64,000 nt of DNA from Candidatus Poribacteria bacterium (GTDB lineage Bacteria > Poribacteria > WGA-4E > JAJDTR01), in assembly GCA_965222225.1 (NCBI GenBank), contig CBDCTK010000002.1:1664001-1728000 (forward strand). Direction: 5' to 3'. Positions 63,801 through 64,000 of the stretch are shown here, in pieces (position 1 is the stretch's first letter; the number at the start of each line of letters is the position of its first letter). The notes beneath the pieces are model-generated. The model did no database searches. It saw only the letters and a list, made by a program, of their open reading frames with translations, and had not been told where the DNA came from. The position numbers and the translations under genes were made by a program.

Positions 63801-64000
63801 CTGACTGGCCCTGCGACTTCTCTGGCGCTCAGAACGTCTTGTTTGAAATCCCGCAGGAAATTCACGAGCCCGACAGACCATACCCGCCAAAACCAACAGG
63901 TGTCGTTGTAGCCGAGGCGGATTTGGAAGCCCACGGCATCCAGGACTTGGCGGATCAGATCCCGGCTATCACACAGGCGGCGATTGGAACCGAAATCAAG
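60806..64000 (+). CDS. DUF499 AAA+ ATPase (runs off the window; absent from ORF track)
   Basis: KPWHHVV..RDD...FAADL, YGGGKTH, LLDE, YPFHP, FQRTRG; GAGGA RBS. Confidence 0.9.
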   Translation, partial: MKSTWKPWHHVVLLRDDLRTGELSLAVFAADLYDVVMQKGKRSVYEDPTEFFTLTYPTYNLRELVKDVSLRLARQSDKAYRTLSVNYGGGKTHTLITLKHLVEDPAALPKLPAIEEFEAHIGQKPPSARCAALCFDKIDLEKGVETLAPDGSVATLKRPWSILAYQIAGGEGLRLLHADGKELERDTPPAEPVLSELLSKPQRDNLATLVLLDEVLMYLRDMVESDGSWRGRLISFFQHLTNSVVKVDRCAMVASLRASDPRKHDSLGTELLADVSDVFGRQMEEDASPVSKEDVAEVLRRRFFKPESMQEDAFRPHVTSIVRGIATLDEGTKKGQKAEEKRYLDSYPFHPGLTETLYTRWTQVERFQRTRGILRTFAIALRDAEKWDTAPLVGPNVFLAEPGKRDLAEAASELASFASVDSGSGQQQEWRPILEGELEKAATIQSEATGLSGREIEQAVMSVFLSSQPIGQKALTPELMVLIGAANPDKIELEKALRRWAELSWFLDEQEIAAGESDAGGATALPKAWRLGNRPNLRQMHHAACTSRVPPELVDSKVIEAIEKQKTLTSDARAAGARVHNLPPRPRDIEDDGDFHYAVLGPNAVSESGKPSAAAKRFINETTAADRPRANRNAVVLAVPSRDGLDVARNRVREYLGWEEVRTQLKGQQVDLIREQMLVSETDTARKRIPDAVKQAYSIVVTVNDSNEIHAFKVVVPDEPLFTTIKAEKRSRIQETAISAEAMLPGGPYDLWREGEQSRRVKDLVGAFAQSPKLPKMLRSKGIMDTVEGGVQQGIWVAQVARPDMTTKTFWRTSIDEPALKEPSLEVVLPEFATLSELSSSLLKHQALPGLWSSAAITVQNLYDYFAGGNIVNIPKEGYEEPLTIPKCEPADVDAAVLEAVEQGTLWLTSGPASILNETVPPGVLSASASLRPPPAPIPVQELTDAEIPDAWRDRKTNALALATALSNRRDVTLPWHTVKTAISGAIQANWLAVSEESADWPCDFSGAQNVLFEIPQEIHEPDRPYPPKPTGVVVAEADLEAHGIQDLADQIPAITQAAIGTEIK

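Overview
Bacterial chromosomal window, most likely Candidatus Poribacteria (sponge symbiont). This is inferred from C-terminal 'GKxATTWGAIK' tails and a dockerin/'LLPNYPNPFNPETWIPYQL' C-terminus. 1-10.2 kb is an accessory region built from a duplicated divergent module. A ~400-bp conserved control region carries a leftward sigma70-type promoter and a rightward canonical sigma54 (-24/-12) promoter. The sigma54 side precedes arrays of translationally coupled, secreted Asp-box beta-propeller paralogues with hypervariable loops. The leftward arm carries an unrecognised beta-rich protein family (3 copies), XhlA/holin-like coiled-coil+TM proteins and a papain-like MOA-C protease relic. Next come DUF5131, hicB with a truncated hicA, a type III Res gene without Mod, a Lol-like ABC cluster, a broken metalloprotease-WD40-LRR-Ig surface protein, an IS1595, and thiolase/DUF35/acyl-CoA ligase genes. 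The core block is ruvX-mltG-lpxC/fabZ-lpxA-(IS1)-lpxI, followed by glgP and dehydrogenase pseudogenes, a SAM hydrolase, mqnE-mqnA, a xylonate dehydratase and vanZ. From 47 kb a MITE precedes a defence island: HTH-SNF2 helicase, DUF1156 methylase and DUF499 ATPase (restriction-like system), with a Gabija-like UvrD + OLD-nuclease pair nested inside. All family assignments are by motif recognition only; no searches were run.
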